Source of the DNA: an uncultured Verrucomicrobiae bacterium
Lineage (GTDB): Bacteria; Verrucomicrobiota; Verrucomicrobiia; Limisphaerales; UBA11358
Length of the DNA stretch: 64,000 nt
Direction of reading: 5' to 3'
NCBI GenBank assembly: GCA_963755515.1
Contig: CAVWKA010000020.1
Span: forward strand, 78,902-142,901
The position numbers and the translations under genes are program-made. Under the pieces are notes generated by a model. That model was given only the letters and a program-made list of their open reading frames with translations, was not told the DNA's origin and did no database searches. This document shows, piece after piece, positions 1-10,068 of the stretch; position 1 is the first letter of the stretch, and each line of letters opens with the position of its first letter.

Positions 1-1698
1 AGCGTCACGGATGGGAACGACAATTCGGCGACATATTCTTATGTTGCCAATTCGCCATTGGTGAGCCAGATTACGTTCAAAGAAAGCGGCCTGACGCGGA
101 TGACAACGACCAAACAATGGGATTATCTGAACCGGTTGACGCAGATTTCCTCTGCGCCAGGTGCCGCCTACACTTCCCCATTGACGTACAATTACAACTA
201 TAATTCTGCCAATCAACGCACGAAGGACACGCTGGCCGATGGTTCCTATTGGATTTATGCCTACGATTCCTTGGGCCAAGTGACCAATGGCTGCAAATAT
301 TTCTCCACGGGCACGCCGGTTCCCGGCCAGCAATTTGATTACACGTTCGACACCATTGGCAACCGGACGCAGACGGAGGCCGGCGGCGACACGAATGGCG
401 CGAACCTGCGCGTGGCCAATTATTACGCGAATAACCTGAACCAAATCACCAATCGGGACATTCCGCCGTATGTGGACATCATGGGCGCGAGCATCCTGAC
501 CAACACTGTGACCGTCAATGGGCAGACGGCATATCGGAACCAGGAGTATTTCCGAGAACAGTTGCCGGCGAACAACAGCGCGTCGGCGTTGTGGACGAAT
601 ATCATGGTTTCTGGCGGGCAAAATGTGACTGGGAACGTGTATGTCGCAAGGGAACCTGAAGTGTTCGCTTACGATGCGGACGGGAACCTGACGAATGACG
701 GCCGCTGGGCCTACACTTGGGACGGAGAGAATCGGCTGACAAAGATGGTTGTCAACACGAATGTGGGGCCGCAATACACGCTGACCTTTGCGTATGACCC
801 GAAGAGCCGGAGAATCCAGAAGGTCGCGGCGACCAATGGCGTCACGATTTATACGGACAATTTCCTTTACGACGGATGGAATCTGATCGCCATTTTGAAT
901 TCAGCCTTTAGCCTTCAGAATTCGTTTCTGTGGGGCAATGATTTGAGCAGTTCGCAACAGGGGGCTGGCGGCGTGGGCGGATTGTTGGAAGTCTCCTATC
1001 ATGGATCGTCAACGACGAATTGTTTTCCGGCGTTTGACGGCAACGGGAACGTGATGGCACTGGTGAATGCGGCGGATGGAACACCGGCGGCCAATTATGA
1101 TTACGGCCCCTTTGGCGAGCCGATACGCATGACTGGAGCAATGGCGAAATCGAATCCCTTCCGGTTCTCAACTAAATATGATGATGACGAATCGGATTTG
1201 CTGTATTATGGGTATCGCTATTACAAGCCGTCAACTGGGACGTGGCCAAGCAGGGATCCATTACGTGAAAGTGCATTTGCCGCCCTTAATAATTTGTTTG
1301 GTGCGGATAATGACACAAGTGAGTATTTGTTCGCAAAGGATAATTCTATATATAATATTGATTTACTTGGTGATGATGTATGGAATGGATTTACCTGTTA
1401 CTCATCATATAACTGTCAGAAGAATAGGCCAATTAGTAACTATAACACCTCTGGCAAGCCCAATATGGACGGAGGGGCAATCTGTGGTGCCAGCACTCTG
1501 GGAACCACGGCTTGGGTGACACATACTTCGGCTTGCGCAAACCAGCCATGGATTTTTGGCTGGTGTTATAATTGTTCAAAGAAAACATTGCACTTCGCAT
1601 GTCAATTTAAGTGTTCCAAGGGAACTGCCGTAGGCGGAGGATATGGTTACTGGTGGGTTTCGACCGGCACAAGCAAATTAATTTCAGGATGTAAATGA
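1..1698 (+). CDS. RHS repeat-associated core protein with Cys-rich C-terminal toxin domain (5'-partial, frame open from base 1)
   Basis: YD-type repeats, core NPFRFSTKYDDDESDLLYYGYRYYKPSTGTWPSRDP, DLLG cleavage-like motif, then an AT-rich variable tail with 9 Cys. Confidence 0.92.
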   Translation, partial: SVTDGNDNSATYSYVANSPLVSQITFKESGLTRMTTTKQWDYLNRLTQISSAPGAAYTSPLTYNYNYNSANQRTKDTLADGSYWIYAYDSLGQVTNGCKYFSTGTPVPGQQFDYTFDTIGNRTQTEAGGDTNGANLRVANYYANNLNQITNRDIPPYVDIMGASILTNTVTVNGQTAYRNQEYFREQLPANNSASALWTNIMVSGGQNVTGNVYVAREPEVFAYDADGNLTNDGRWAYTWDGENRLTKMVVNTNVGPQYTLTFAYDPKSRRIQKVAATNGVTIYTDNFLYDGWNLIAILNSAFSLQNSFLWGNDLSSSQQGAGGVGGLLEVSYHGSSTTNCFPAFDGNGNVMALVNAADGTPAANYDYGPFGEPIRMTGAMAKSNPFRFSTKYDDDESDLLYYGYRYYKPSTGTWPSRDPLRESAFAALNNLFGADNDTSEYLFAKDNSIYNIDLLGDDVWNGFTCYSSYNCQKNRPISNYNTSGKPNMDGGAICGASTLGTTAWVTHTSACANQPWIFGWCYNCSKKTLHFACQFKCSKGTAVGGGYGYWWVSTGTSKLISGCK

Positions 1699-2081
1699 AA
1701 TATCTCCGCGCAGCAATATGGATTGCCATACTGGTAATTGTTATTTATGCCTGTTATGGAATCAGCGTTGGCTATGTTCAAAAAAGAGCATTGCAAATGC
1801 GCTTCGAAGATGTGGAAATGCTAGCTAACGCCTACAAGACTTTATCAATATCAAATCAATCACTGACAATGGATGATTTAATTTCGGAAATTAATCGACG
1901 AGGGTTTAAGCTAAACAATCCAATACCATTAAATAGACATTTACCATGTTATAAAGTTGCGGCAAGCAGCGTAAATTTAAATGATGCTGCTACAATAATT
2001 ATTGAAGAGACTGATAATGTTAATGCAAAGAATAGAGTAATGGCATTTTCTGATGGCGCTATAAGTGTAGAAAATAAATAA
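1695..2081 (+). CDS. Putative immunity protein, N-terminal membrane anchor
   Basis: Overlaps the RHS stop, AT-rich like the toxin tail, hydrophobic N-terminal helix. Confidence 0.65.
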   Translation: MKYLRAAIWIAILVIVIYACYGISVGYVQKRALQMRFEDVEMLANAYKTLSISNQSLTMDDLISEINRRGFKLNNPIPLNRHLPCYKVAASSVNLNDAATIIIEETDNVNAKNRVMAFSDGAISVENK

Positions 2082-2149
2082 TTGAACTAGTGAACTTTAC
2101 ACGCCGACCAACGCGCTGGGATTTACGAATTACGATTGGCGATTGCCGA

Positions 2150-2491
2150 ATGTGAGTGATGGGAACAACAATCCCGCAACGTATTCGTATCTTGCCAATT
2201 CGCCATTGGTGAGCCAGATTACGTTCAAACAAAGCGGCCTGACGCGGATGACGACGACAAAACAATGGGATTATCTGAACCGGTTGACGCAGATTTCCTC
2301 TGCGCCAAGCGCCGCCTACACTTCCCCATTGACGTACAATTACAACTATAATTCTGCCAATCAACGCACGAAGGACACGCTGGCCGATGGTTCCTATTGG
2401 ATTTATGGCTACGATTCCTTGGGCCAAGTGACCAATGGTTGCAAATATTTCTCCACGGGCACGCCGGTTCCCGGACAGCAGTTTGATTACA
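2150..2491 (+). pseudogene. Orphan RHS fragment truncated by transposon end
   Basis: Near-identical to ~10-340 (VSDGNNN...GQQFDY); similarity stops at TGTTACG (2492). Confidence 0.85.
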
Positions 2492-2506
2492 TGTTACGCA
2501 CTTTTT

Positions 2507-2768
2507 TGACATCGTAAAAACGGCCAAATTGGGGTCGTAGGTTTTTTGGAACTTTTTCCACACTGACATCGTAATTTGTGGCCGAATAGCCACGCTCTGA
2601 TCGTAAGGTTGTGATCCGGCTGGTTCATTTTCGGATTTTCAGGCGTTCCGGGATTTTTTCACCACACTGACATCGCAAGCGGCGGCTTCCGGCTGGATTC
2701 CCACACTGGCATCGTAAGGGCCGATTTTTGCCGTTGCAGCGGCTTTTGGCCGGACTGACATCGTAAGG
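2507..2768. repeat. Six subterminal direct repeats (CCAC)ACTGACATCGTAAG, probable transposase-binding sites
   Basis: Copies near 2507, 2564, 2598, 2668, 2707, 2756; repeated again at +5437. Confidence 0.75.
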
Positions 2769-2788
2769 TGACGACGCCAGCGGTGTTA

Positions 2789-3064
2789 TCAAGTGCCGGT
2801 GATGTGGCGCATGGCATCATGGAAAGACAGGCCGAGGACCTGGACGTGGAAGTCAATGGCGTTGCCGGCCAGATTGCGTTGGGGCCAGCGCCAGTAACTG
2901 TCCTTGACGATGAGACCAGGATAGGCGGGCAAGCTAAAATTGCCCGCCTCCCGCTCCACGAGTTGGAGACCGCGCTTTTCGAGCAACGGAACCAGCGGGG
3001 CGAGCCGGGCGGCGCGGATTTGCTCACGCGACCACCGAGTGCGATTCGGGGAGGGGGTTGTCAT
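2789..3064 (-). CDS. Small transposon protein resembling a primase N-terminal (CHC2-like, Cys-less) domain
   Basis: 91 aa, YWRW...AGNAIDFHVQVLGLSFHDAM motif; identical copy at 8226-8501. Confidence 0.55.
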   Translation of the reverse strand: MTTPSPNRTRWSREQIRAARLAPLVPLLEKRGLQLVEREAGNFSLPAYPGLIVKDSYWRWPQRNLAGNAIDFHVQVLGLSFHDAMRHITGT

Positions 3065-3845
3065 AATCTTTTCGCCAGTGGGGTTGGATGAGGACGTGGT
3101 TGACCTGCTTGAGATCCACGAAGCGGGTCTGGTCGCGGACGGCCTCGATGAGTGAACCCAGGCAGAGGTTGCGGGTGCGGCGCAGGAGACCTTCGCCGGA
3201 GCGGACGATGAGCGCCAGCGCTTCCGGGGTGAAAGTGTTATGACCCAGGCCGGCGCGATCCAGTTGATCCAGGATAAATTGTTCAACGGTTTCGGGAGCC
3301 AGGCGTGAGAGCAGCGCCGAGTAAGTGACACGGGAGCGGATTTCCTCATTGATGGACAGCGAGAGTGATTGCAACAGCGGCGGCTGGCCGATGAGCGCCA
3401 GACAGTGCGAGCGCGGGAAGTCTTCGCAGAGCAGGCGGAGTTTGCGCAGAGAGTCCGGTGGCATGAGGTGGGCGTCGTCAATGATGGGCACGAGCATTTT
3501 GCCGGCGCGATGGACGCTGAAGGCCTGTTGCACCAGGAGGCGTTCGCAGTGATGGTCGCGACCTTCAAACTCGATCTGAAAGGCTTCACACAAAATACGG
3601 AGGGTATTGTGGTAAGTGTGCAGCGTGCGGTTGACGACCGGCGTGATCATGCGTTTGGGGTCGTGCTGGAGCAGCGCCTGTTTCAAAACGCTTTTGCCGG
3701 TGCCCGGTTCACCCAGCACCAGACACAAGCCGCCTTGCTGGGCGTGGACGCGGAGGATGTCGAAGATTTCCTGCTGGTGGGCCAGCAGCGTGACGGCTTC
3801 AGGGTCGAAAGGATTGCGTTGGAGGCCAAAGTGGGAGCGGATCAT
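3024..3845 (-). CDS. ExeA/GspA-family AAA ATPase (transposition helper)
   Basis: MIRSHFGLQRNPF start, Walker A GEPGTGKS, Walker B IIDDAH, LIGQP. Confidence 0.88.
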   Translation of the reverse strand: MIRSHFGLQRNPFDPEAVTLLAHQQEIFDILRVHAQQGGLCLVLGEPGTGKSVLKQALLQHDPKRMITPVVNRTLHTYHNTLRILCEAFQIEFEGRDHHCERLLVQQAFSVHRAGKMLVPIIDDAHLMPPDSLRKLRLLCEDFPRSHCLALIGQPPLLQSLSLSINEEIRSRVTYSALLSRLAPETVEQFILDQLDRAGLGHNTFTPEALALIVRSGEGLLRRTRNLCLGSLIEAVRDQTRFVDLKQVNHVLIQPHWRKDYDNPLPESHSVVA

Positions 3846-3919
3846 AGGATTTACGATTTGGGATTTACGATTGACGATTGAAGCGTGAAGGGGTCAGTTA
3901 ATGATATTGTATTATTTTA

Positions 3920-3949
3920 TTGACGGATTGGGGAGGGGCGGGATAGGAT
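3920..3949 (+). promoter_or_regulatory. Sigma70-like promoter, likely leaderless transcript of the Y1 transposase
   Basis: TTGACG-N18-TAGGAT, 6 nt before GTG 3956. Confidence 0.45.
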
Positions 3950-3955
3950 CTGGGC

Positions 3956-4954
3956 GTGGCTCGGAAACTGCGCATTCAATATCCCGGGGCGATTTATCAT
4001 GCTGTCCGGTCGTAGCCTCGGCGAAGCCGGATGATGAATCGCGGTGACCGGCGCGAGGCCATCTTTGCCGACGAGGCGGATCGGCGGAGGTTTTTGGAGA
4101 CCCTCGCGGAGGCGTGCCAGAAGACCGGCTGGCAGGTGCATGCCTATTGCCTGATGAGCAACCACTTTCACTTGGTGGTGGAAACCCCCCAGCCCAATTT
4201 GGTGCTCGGAATGAAGTGGTTGCTGGGCACTTATACCAGCCGGTACAACCGGCGGCACAAGGAATTCGGACACTTGTTCAGCGGTCGGTACAAGGCCCTG
4301 GTGGTGGACGGGAGCGGGGACGGTTATCTCAAGACGGCCTGTGACTACGTGCATTTGAACCCGGTGCGGGCCAAATTGATGAAGGCGGATCAAGCTTTGG
4401 AGGCATTTGCCTGGAGCAGCTATCGGTGGTATCTGAGTGGGCCCTCGCGCCGACCGTCCTGGCTGCGGGTGGACCGGCTGCTGGGGGAGTGGGGCGTTCC
4501 CAAGGACAGCATTGCGGGGAGGCGTGAGTTTGCGGAGCGGATGGAGTGGCGGCGGGGGGAGAACGCAGGGGAGGAATTCAAGCCGATGAAGCGGGGCTGG
4601 TGCCTGGGGCGGGAGGAGTTTCGGCGGGAGTTGCTGGAGCAGGTGAGCACGCCGGCCGGTCCGAGCCATTTCGGCGAGGCGATGCAGGAGGCGGCGCAGG
4701 CCCGGGCGGAGCGGATGGTGAAGGAGGGACTCCAGCGTTTAAGGTGGAGCGAGGCCGATTTGAGGGGGCGGCGCAAGGGCGAACCGGGGAAGGTGAAGTT
4801 GGCGCGCGCCTTGCGGGCAAACACGACGATGCCGCTGGCATGGATTGCGGAGCGGCTGAACATGGGTGGTCGCGGATATCTAGCCTGGCTACTGGGACAG
4901 GGCGCAAAAACCAAACGCCCGCAATCAAATGATCAAGCCATGTTGAAAATATGA
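3956..4954 (+). pseudogene. REP-associated tyrosine transposase-like (Y1_Tnp) with C-terminal HTH-like extension; 30-bp insertion with in-frame TAG near the 5' end
   Basis: MARKLRIQYPGAIYH..MNRGDRRE, AYCLMSNHFHL (HUH), GHLFSGRYK, YVHLNPVRA; ORF from 4031 still open. Confidence 0.85.
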
Positions 4955-4973
4955 CAATATCATTAACTGACCC

Positions 4974-5197
4974 GAATGGCCCTTAGATAAGGCGTAAATC
5001 AATGAAATACAGCCAGTTACAATCGCACTTAAAACTCGCTCCTTCATGTGCCGCCTGCGGCCGGTCGGACTGAGCGCGGAGCAAGAAAGCGTTTGATTTT
5101 GCTGGCTTTGCCGACATCCATTGCGGTAAAAGCTTTCCGATTCCCGCGGTTTTCAATGAAAACCGCCATTTTGTTGAGCCTTATCTAAGGGCCATTC
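4974..5197. mobile_element. 224-bp MITE related to the IS4 elements at 30.7-34.5 kb
   Basis: Perfect 20-bp TIR GAATGGCCCTTAGATAAGGC; 11-bp TSD TTAACTGACCC (4963-4973, 5198-5208). Confidence 0.9.
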
Positions 5198-5212
5198 TTA
5201 ACTGACCCCTTT

Positions 5213-7213
5213 ATGACCTATAATCTGGCCGGCCAATTGCAGGTCGAATCGTTCGCCGGGCGGGCCGTTAAACGGCCTTTCTGTGACCAACGGCTACGAC
5301 CAATTCATGCGCCGGACGAATCTCGTGGCGTTGGATTCCAGCAGCCCTTTGCTCCAGCAATCCTTCGGCTACGACAACGCTTCCCGCTTGCAAATGGTGA
5401 GCGATGGCAACAACAATTCGGCGACATATTCTTATGTTGCCAATTCGCCATTGGTGAGCCAGATTGTGTTCAAACAAAGCGGATTGACGCGGATGACGAC
5501 GACAAAACAATGGGATTATCTGAACCGGCTGACGCAGATTTCCTCTGCGCCGAGTGCTGCGTACACTTCGCCGCTGACGTTCAATTACAATTACAACCCG
5601 GCAAACCAGCGCACAAAGGACACGCTGGCCGATGGTTCCTATTGGATTTATGCCTACGATTCCTTGGGCCAAGTGACCAATGGCTGCAAATATTTCTCCA
5701 CGGGCACGCCGGTTCCCGGCCAGCAATTTGATTACACGTTCGACACCATTGGCAACCGGACTCAGACCATGTCTGGTGGCGACACGAATGGAGCAAACCT
5801 TCGTGTGGCCAATTATTACGCGAATAACCTGAACCAAATCACAAATCGAGACGTTCCGGCTTATGCGGACATTATGGGCGCAAGCATTCTGACCAACACG
5901 GTGACGGTCAATGGTCAGACTGCATATCGCAACCAGGAGTATTTCCGGCAGCAGCTGCCGGCGAACAACAGTTCTTCCGCACTATGGACGAACATCATTG
6001 TGGCTGGCGGGTTGGCTGTGACGGGGAACGTGTATGTGGCGCGGGAGCCGGAGGTGTTCAAATACGACGCGGATGGGAACCTGACGAATGACGGGCGCTG
6101 GGCTACACATGGGATGGCGAGAATCGGCTGACGAAAATGACGGTCAACACAAACGTGGGGCCGCAATACACCCTGACGTTTGCGTATGATCCCAAAGGCC
6201 GGAGAATCCAGAAGGTGGTGGTTACGAACGGAGTGACGATCTACACGGACAATTTCCTTTATGATGGATGGAACCTGATCGCCGTTTTGAATTCTTCCTT
6301 TAGCCTTCAGAATTCGTTTCTGTGGGGCAATGATTTGAGCGGTTCGCCTCAGGGCGCCGGGGGAGTGGGCGGCCTTTTGGAGGTAAGCTATCACGGCAGC
6401 TCAACGACGACGAATTGTTTCCCTGTTTATGATGGCAACGGGAATGTCATGGCCCTGGTCAATGCGGCGGATGGAACACTCGCGGCCAATTACGATTTCG
6501 GCCCCTTCGGTGAACTCATCCGTGCCACTGGGCCGATGGCGAAGGTGAATCCGTTCCGTGAAGGCACCAAATTTTACGATGAGGAGACCGACATGGCTTA
6601 CTATGGGTATCGGTTCTACAACCCATCAACAGGGAGATGGTTGAGCCGGGACCCGATTGACGAGGCCAGCTTCCGCCAAAGCTACTTGAAGACAGTGAGT
6701 ACTGATGAGCGAAATTGGTTGGAAGTCCAGATGCCCGATGGCAACGAATTCGTTTTGGTTCAAAACGACCCTATTGACAATTATGACGTTAATGGACTGT
6801 TGGATCCCGGAACGTGCGTCAAAGGAACCGTGGTTGTGGTCGGAGGAGCAGCCGGAGTGGGGGCGGCAATTGCTGCTTTGCCTGTCGAGGCGATTGTTTT
6901 AGGGGTTGTGATAGTTGGCGAAGGCGCCGTCATCACATACGAAATTTGCCATAAACCGAAATGCGGGACGTGCAAGCCATGTATTCCACCCACTGGAACC
7001 AAAGCGATCAAGCGAACGGATTACCCGCCCAGCAAACCGCACGGCCCGATCCCGACACCTCATAGCCACATAGTGCAAGTAAACCAATCACCTTATCCAG
7101 CCTGCAAATGCTTCTGGAATGACGCTAATCCGGCTGTAGTGCCGGGTGTTCCTTCCTTGCCGCCTTTGTCTCAATTTCCTAATCCGCCCGGTGGCGGAGG
7201 ACCAGCTAATTAA
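5213..7213 (+). pseudogene. Orphan RHS core plus Cys/His/Pro-rich toxin domain; frameshifts near 5258 and 6103
   Basis: High similarity to 1-1250; WLSRDP and DVNGL motifs; ORFs 5283-6131 and 6137-7213 join across a 1-nt deletion. Confidence 0.85.
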
Positions 7214-7260
7214 CGCATTGTGCAGAGGCGCGCTTTCTGCTGCTTGCCCGTAATCCAATC

Positions 7261-7730
7261 ATGAACGACGAAGACATCGAAGTTGATACCGGAACTTGCC
7301 GATTGGAATGGCGGCACCGGAATCACTCTGGAGGCGTGGATAAGCGGCGTCGGCAGATTCGATCACGCACTCGGCTATTCTACTATCTTCTGGCCGAGTT
7401 TTATCGAGTACGAATCCTGCGTTTTTCGCGCGATTCCTGATCGTGAAGCATACCAACAATGGATGAAAAGCACGGACGGAGAGCGCACAAAAGTGGAGGC
7501 CAGCGATGAATCATGTGCATCTGATTGACTTGTTCACCGGTTCAGAGCACCAACCAAACAGGGCGTTGCTTTTGCGTTTAGGGCAGATCATGAAAGAGGC
7601 GTGGTCCTGCAAACTTGCACGGGACTTCCCAACCAGGCGTTTTGAAGTTCCTTTTTTCTCGGACGCTGAAAATCTGACCGATCTTGAGTTGACCTTCTAT
7701 CAGTATCCGGGTCCGAAAGCGGCGTCGTAA
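7261..7730 (+). CDS. Putative immunity protein (frameshifted near 7278 and 7503)
   Basis: Directly after RHS2; joined reading LIPELADWNGG..FWPSF..MNHVHLIDLF..KLARDFP looks like one protein. Confidence 0.55.
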
Positions 7731-7928
7731 ACCCTTGATTTTTGGTTTATTCCAGGCTTTTCCAGCCTTTTCCAGGTTAATCGCGTCATCCCTTGGCGAT
7801 GGGCGTGATGCCGATGAAGGCGACGTAGGGCTGTTTGCGCTCCAGTTCGGCGTAGCGTTTGGGCAGGATGCGGACGGCGGCGAGGTTGTTTTCCTGGAGC
7901 CGGTCGGCCAGGGGGCTGAGGCGCCAGC

Positions 7929-8610
7929 TGTTACGCACTTTTTTGACATCGTAAAAACGGCCAAATTGGGGTCGTAGGTTTTTTGGAACTTTTTCCACAC
8001 TGACATCGTAATTTGTGGCCGAATAGCCACGCTCTGATCGTAAGGTTGTGATCCGGCTGGTTCATTTTCGGATTTTCAGGCGTTCCGGGATTTTTTCACC
8101 ACACTGACATCGCAAGCGGCGGCTTCCGGCTGGATTCCCACACTGGCATCGTAAGGGCCGATTTTTGCCGTTGCAGCGGCTTTTGGCCGGACTGACATCG
8201 TAAGGTGACGACGCCAGCGGTGTTATCAAGTGCCGGTGATGTGGCGCATGGCATCATGGAAAGACAGGCCGAGGACCTGGACGTGGAAGTCAATGGCGTT
8301 GCCGGCCAGATTGCGTTGGGGCCAGCGCCAGTAACTGTCCTTGACGATGAGACCAGGATAGGCGGGCAAGCTAAAATTGCCCGCCTCCCGCTCCACGAGT
8401 TGGAGACCGCGCTTTTCGAGCAACGGAACCAGCGGGGCGAGCCGGGCGGCGCGGATTTGCTCACGCGACCACCGAGTGCGATTCGGGGAGGGGGTTGTCA
8501 TAATCTTTTCGCCAGTGGGGTTGGATGAGGACGTGGTTGACCTGCTTGAGATCCACGAAGCGGGTCTGGTCGCGGACGGCCTCGATGAGTGAACCCAGGC
8601 AGAGGTTGCG
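7929..8610 (-). mobile_element. Second, more deleted copy of the TGT-ended transposon end
   Basis: Matches 2492-3173, then jumps to the flank of the Y1 element. Confidence 0.85.
8226..8501 (-). CDS. Copy of the small primase-N-like transposon protein
   Basis: Identical to 2789-3064. Confidence 0.55.
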   Translation of the reverse strand: MTTPSPNRTRWSREQIRAARLAPLVPLLEKRGLQLVEREAGNFSLPAYPGLIVKDSYWRWPQRNLAGNAIDFHVQVLGLSFHDAMRHITGT

Positions 8611-8618
8611 TGAAGGTG

Positions 8619-9740
8619 AAGGGGTCAGTTAATGATATTGTATTATTTTATTGACGGATTGGGGAGGGGGCGGGATAGGATATGGGCGTGGCTCGGAAAC
8701 TGCGCATTCAATATCCCGGGGCGATTTATCACGCCTGTCCGGTCGTAGCCTCGGCGAAGCCGGATGATGAATCGCGGTGACCGGCGCGAGGCCATCTTTG
8801 CCGACGAGGCGGATCGGCGGAGGTTTTTGGAGACCCTCGCGGAGGCGTGCCAGAAGACCGGCTGGCAGGTGCATGCCTATTGCCTGATGAGCAACCACTT
8901 TCACTTGGTGGTGGAAACCCCCCAGCCCAATTTGGTGCTCGGAATGAAGTGGTTGCTGGGCACTTATACCAGCCGGTACAACCGGCGGCACAAGGAATTC
9001 GGACACTTGTTCAGCGGTCGGTACAAGGCCCTGGTGGTGGACGGGAGCGGGGACGGTTATCTCAAGACGGCCTGTGACTACGTGCATTTGAACCCGGTGC
9101 GGGCCAAATTGATGAAGGCGGATCAAGCTTTGGAGGCATTTGCCTGGAGCAGCTATCGGTGGTATCTGAGTGGGCCCTCGCGCCGACCGTCCTGGCTGCG
9201 GGTGGACCGGCTGCTGGGGGAGTGGGGCGTTCCCAAGGACAGCATTGCGGGGAGGCGTGAGTTCCAAGGACTGCATTGCGGGGAGGCGTGAGTTTGCGGA
9301 GCGGATGGAGTGGCGGCGGGGGGAGAACGCAGGGGAGGAATTCAAGCCGATGAAGCGGGGCTGGTGCCTGGGGCGGGAGGAGTTTCGGCGGGAGTTGCTG
9401 GAGCAGGTGAGCACGCCGGCCGGTCCGAGCCATTTCGGCGAGGCGATGCAGGAGGCGGCGCAGGCCCGGGCGGAGCGGATGGTGAAGGAGGGACTCCAGC
9501 GTTTAAGGTGGAGCGAGGCCGATTTGAGGGGGCGGCGCAAGGGCGAACCGGGGAAGGTGAAGTTGGCGCGCGCCTTGCGGGCAAACACGACGATGCCGCT
9601 GGCATGGATTGCGGAGCGGCTGAACATGGGTGGTCGCGGATATCTAGCCTGGCTACTGGGACAGGGCGCAAAGACCAAACGCCCGCAATCAAATGATCAA
9701 GCCATGTTGAAAATATGACAATATCATTAACTGACCCCTT
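8619..9740 (+). mobile_element. HUH/Y1 element copy 2 with perfect 23-bp TIRs
   Basis: TIRs at 8619-8641 and 9718-9740; near-identical to copy 1. Confidence 0.85.
8688..9718 (+). pseudogene. Y1 transposase broken by a 31-bp hairpin insertion and a 31-bp tandem duplication
   Basis: Duplication of CCAAGGACAGCATTGCGGGGAGGCGTGAGTT near 9233-9294 shifts the frame. Confidence 0.85.
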
Positions 9741-9918
9741 TATAACCGAAGCCCCTCGACGTGAGCGCGATGGCAAGAATGCGGACGTGTTGTGACGTAG
9801 ATTGATTCATATTTGTAGTGATTAAGCGGTTAATTTTGTGTAACGGAGGGCGATATCCGAAAGGGTTTGCTGTCTTTTCGGATCAGGTCTCCCATTTTTC
9901 CGGAAGGAAGGTATCTTT

Positions 9919-10035
9919 GCCCGTAAGATCATCGAACTCCTGGTCAAAACTATCGTCATCGGCAATGGCGAAATCACACTAAATCTCTGCTATTTGTCCA
10001 ATTTTGAACAAATGACAGATGGGCAACGCATCTTG
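9919..10035 (+). pseudogene. Possible C-terminal remnant of a large serine recombinase
   Basis: ARKIIELLVKTIVIGNGEITLNLCYLSNFEQMTDGQRIL resembles LSR C-termini; lies at the island border. Confidence 0.35.
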
Positions 10036-10068
10036 TCCGCGACGCCATCGCGTCCCGCGCGCTGCGCA

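Larger units (their letters stand above)
2492..3887 (-). mobile_element. Truncated TGT-ended transposon (one end, ExeA-like ATPase, small ORF; transposase lost)
   Basis: The same end TGTTACGCACTTTTTTGACATCG occurs at 2492 and 7929 with different flanks; multiple subterminal repeats; AAA ATPase. Confidence 0.7.
3888..5211 (+). mobile_element. HUH/Y1 (RAYT-like) element copy 1 with 23-bp TIRs; right TIR split by a MITE
   Basis: Left AAGGGGTCAGTTAATGATATTGT (3888-3910); right ACAATATCATTAACTGACCC (4954-4973) completed at 5198-5211. Confidence 0.8.

Noticed and set aside
2507-2768. CRISPR-like repeated motif
   Set aside because: Repeats are only ~14 bp, degenerate and irregularly spaced (34-70 bp), lie at a transposon end, and there are no cas genes
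4013-4015. Programmed TAG readthrough in the Y1 gene
   Set aside because: The stop lies in a secondary insertion that is 31 bp (out of frame) in copy 2
1-7213. Diversity-generating retroelement behind the RHS repeats
   Set aside because: No reverse transcriptase in the window; differences are not adenine-specific and look mostly synonymous
7786-7928. Minus-strand gene tail cut by the transposon (WRLSPLADRLQ...GITPIAKG)
   Set aside because: Looks coding but is too short to assign
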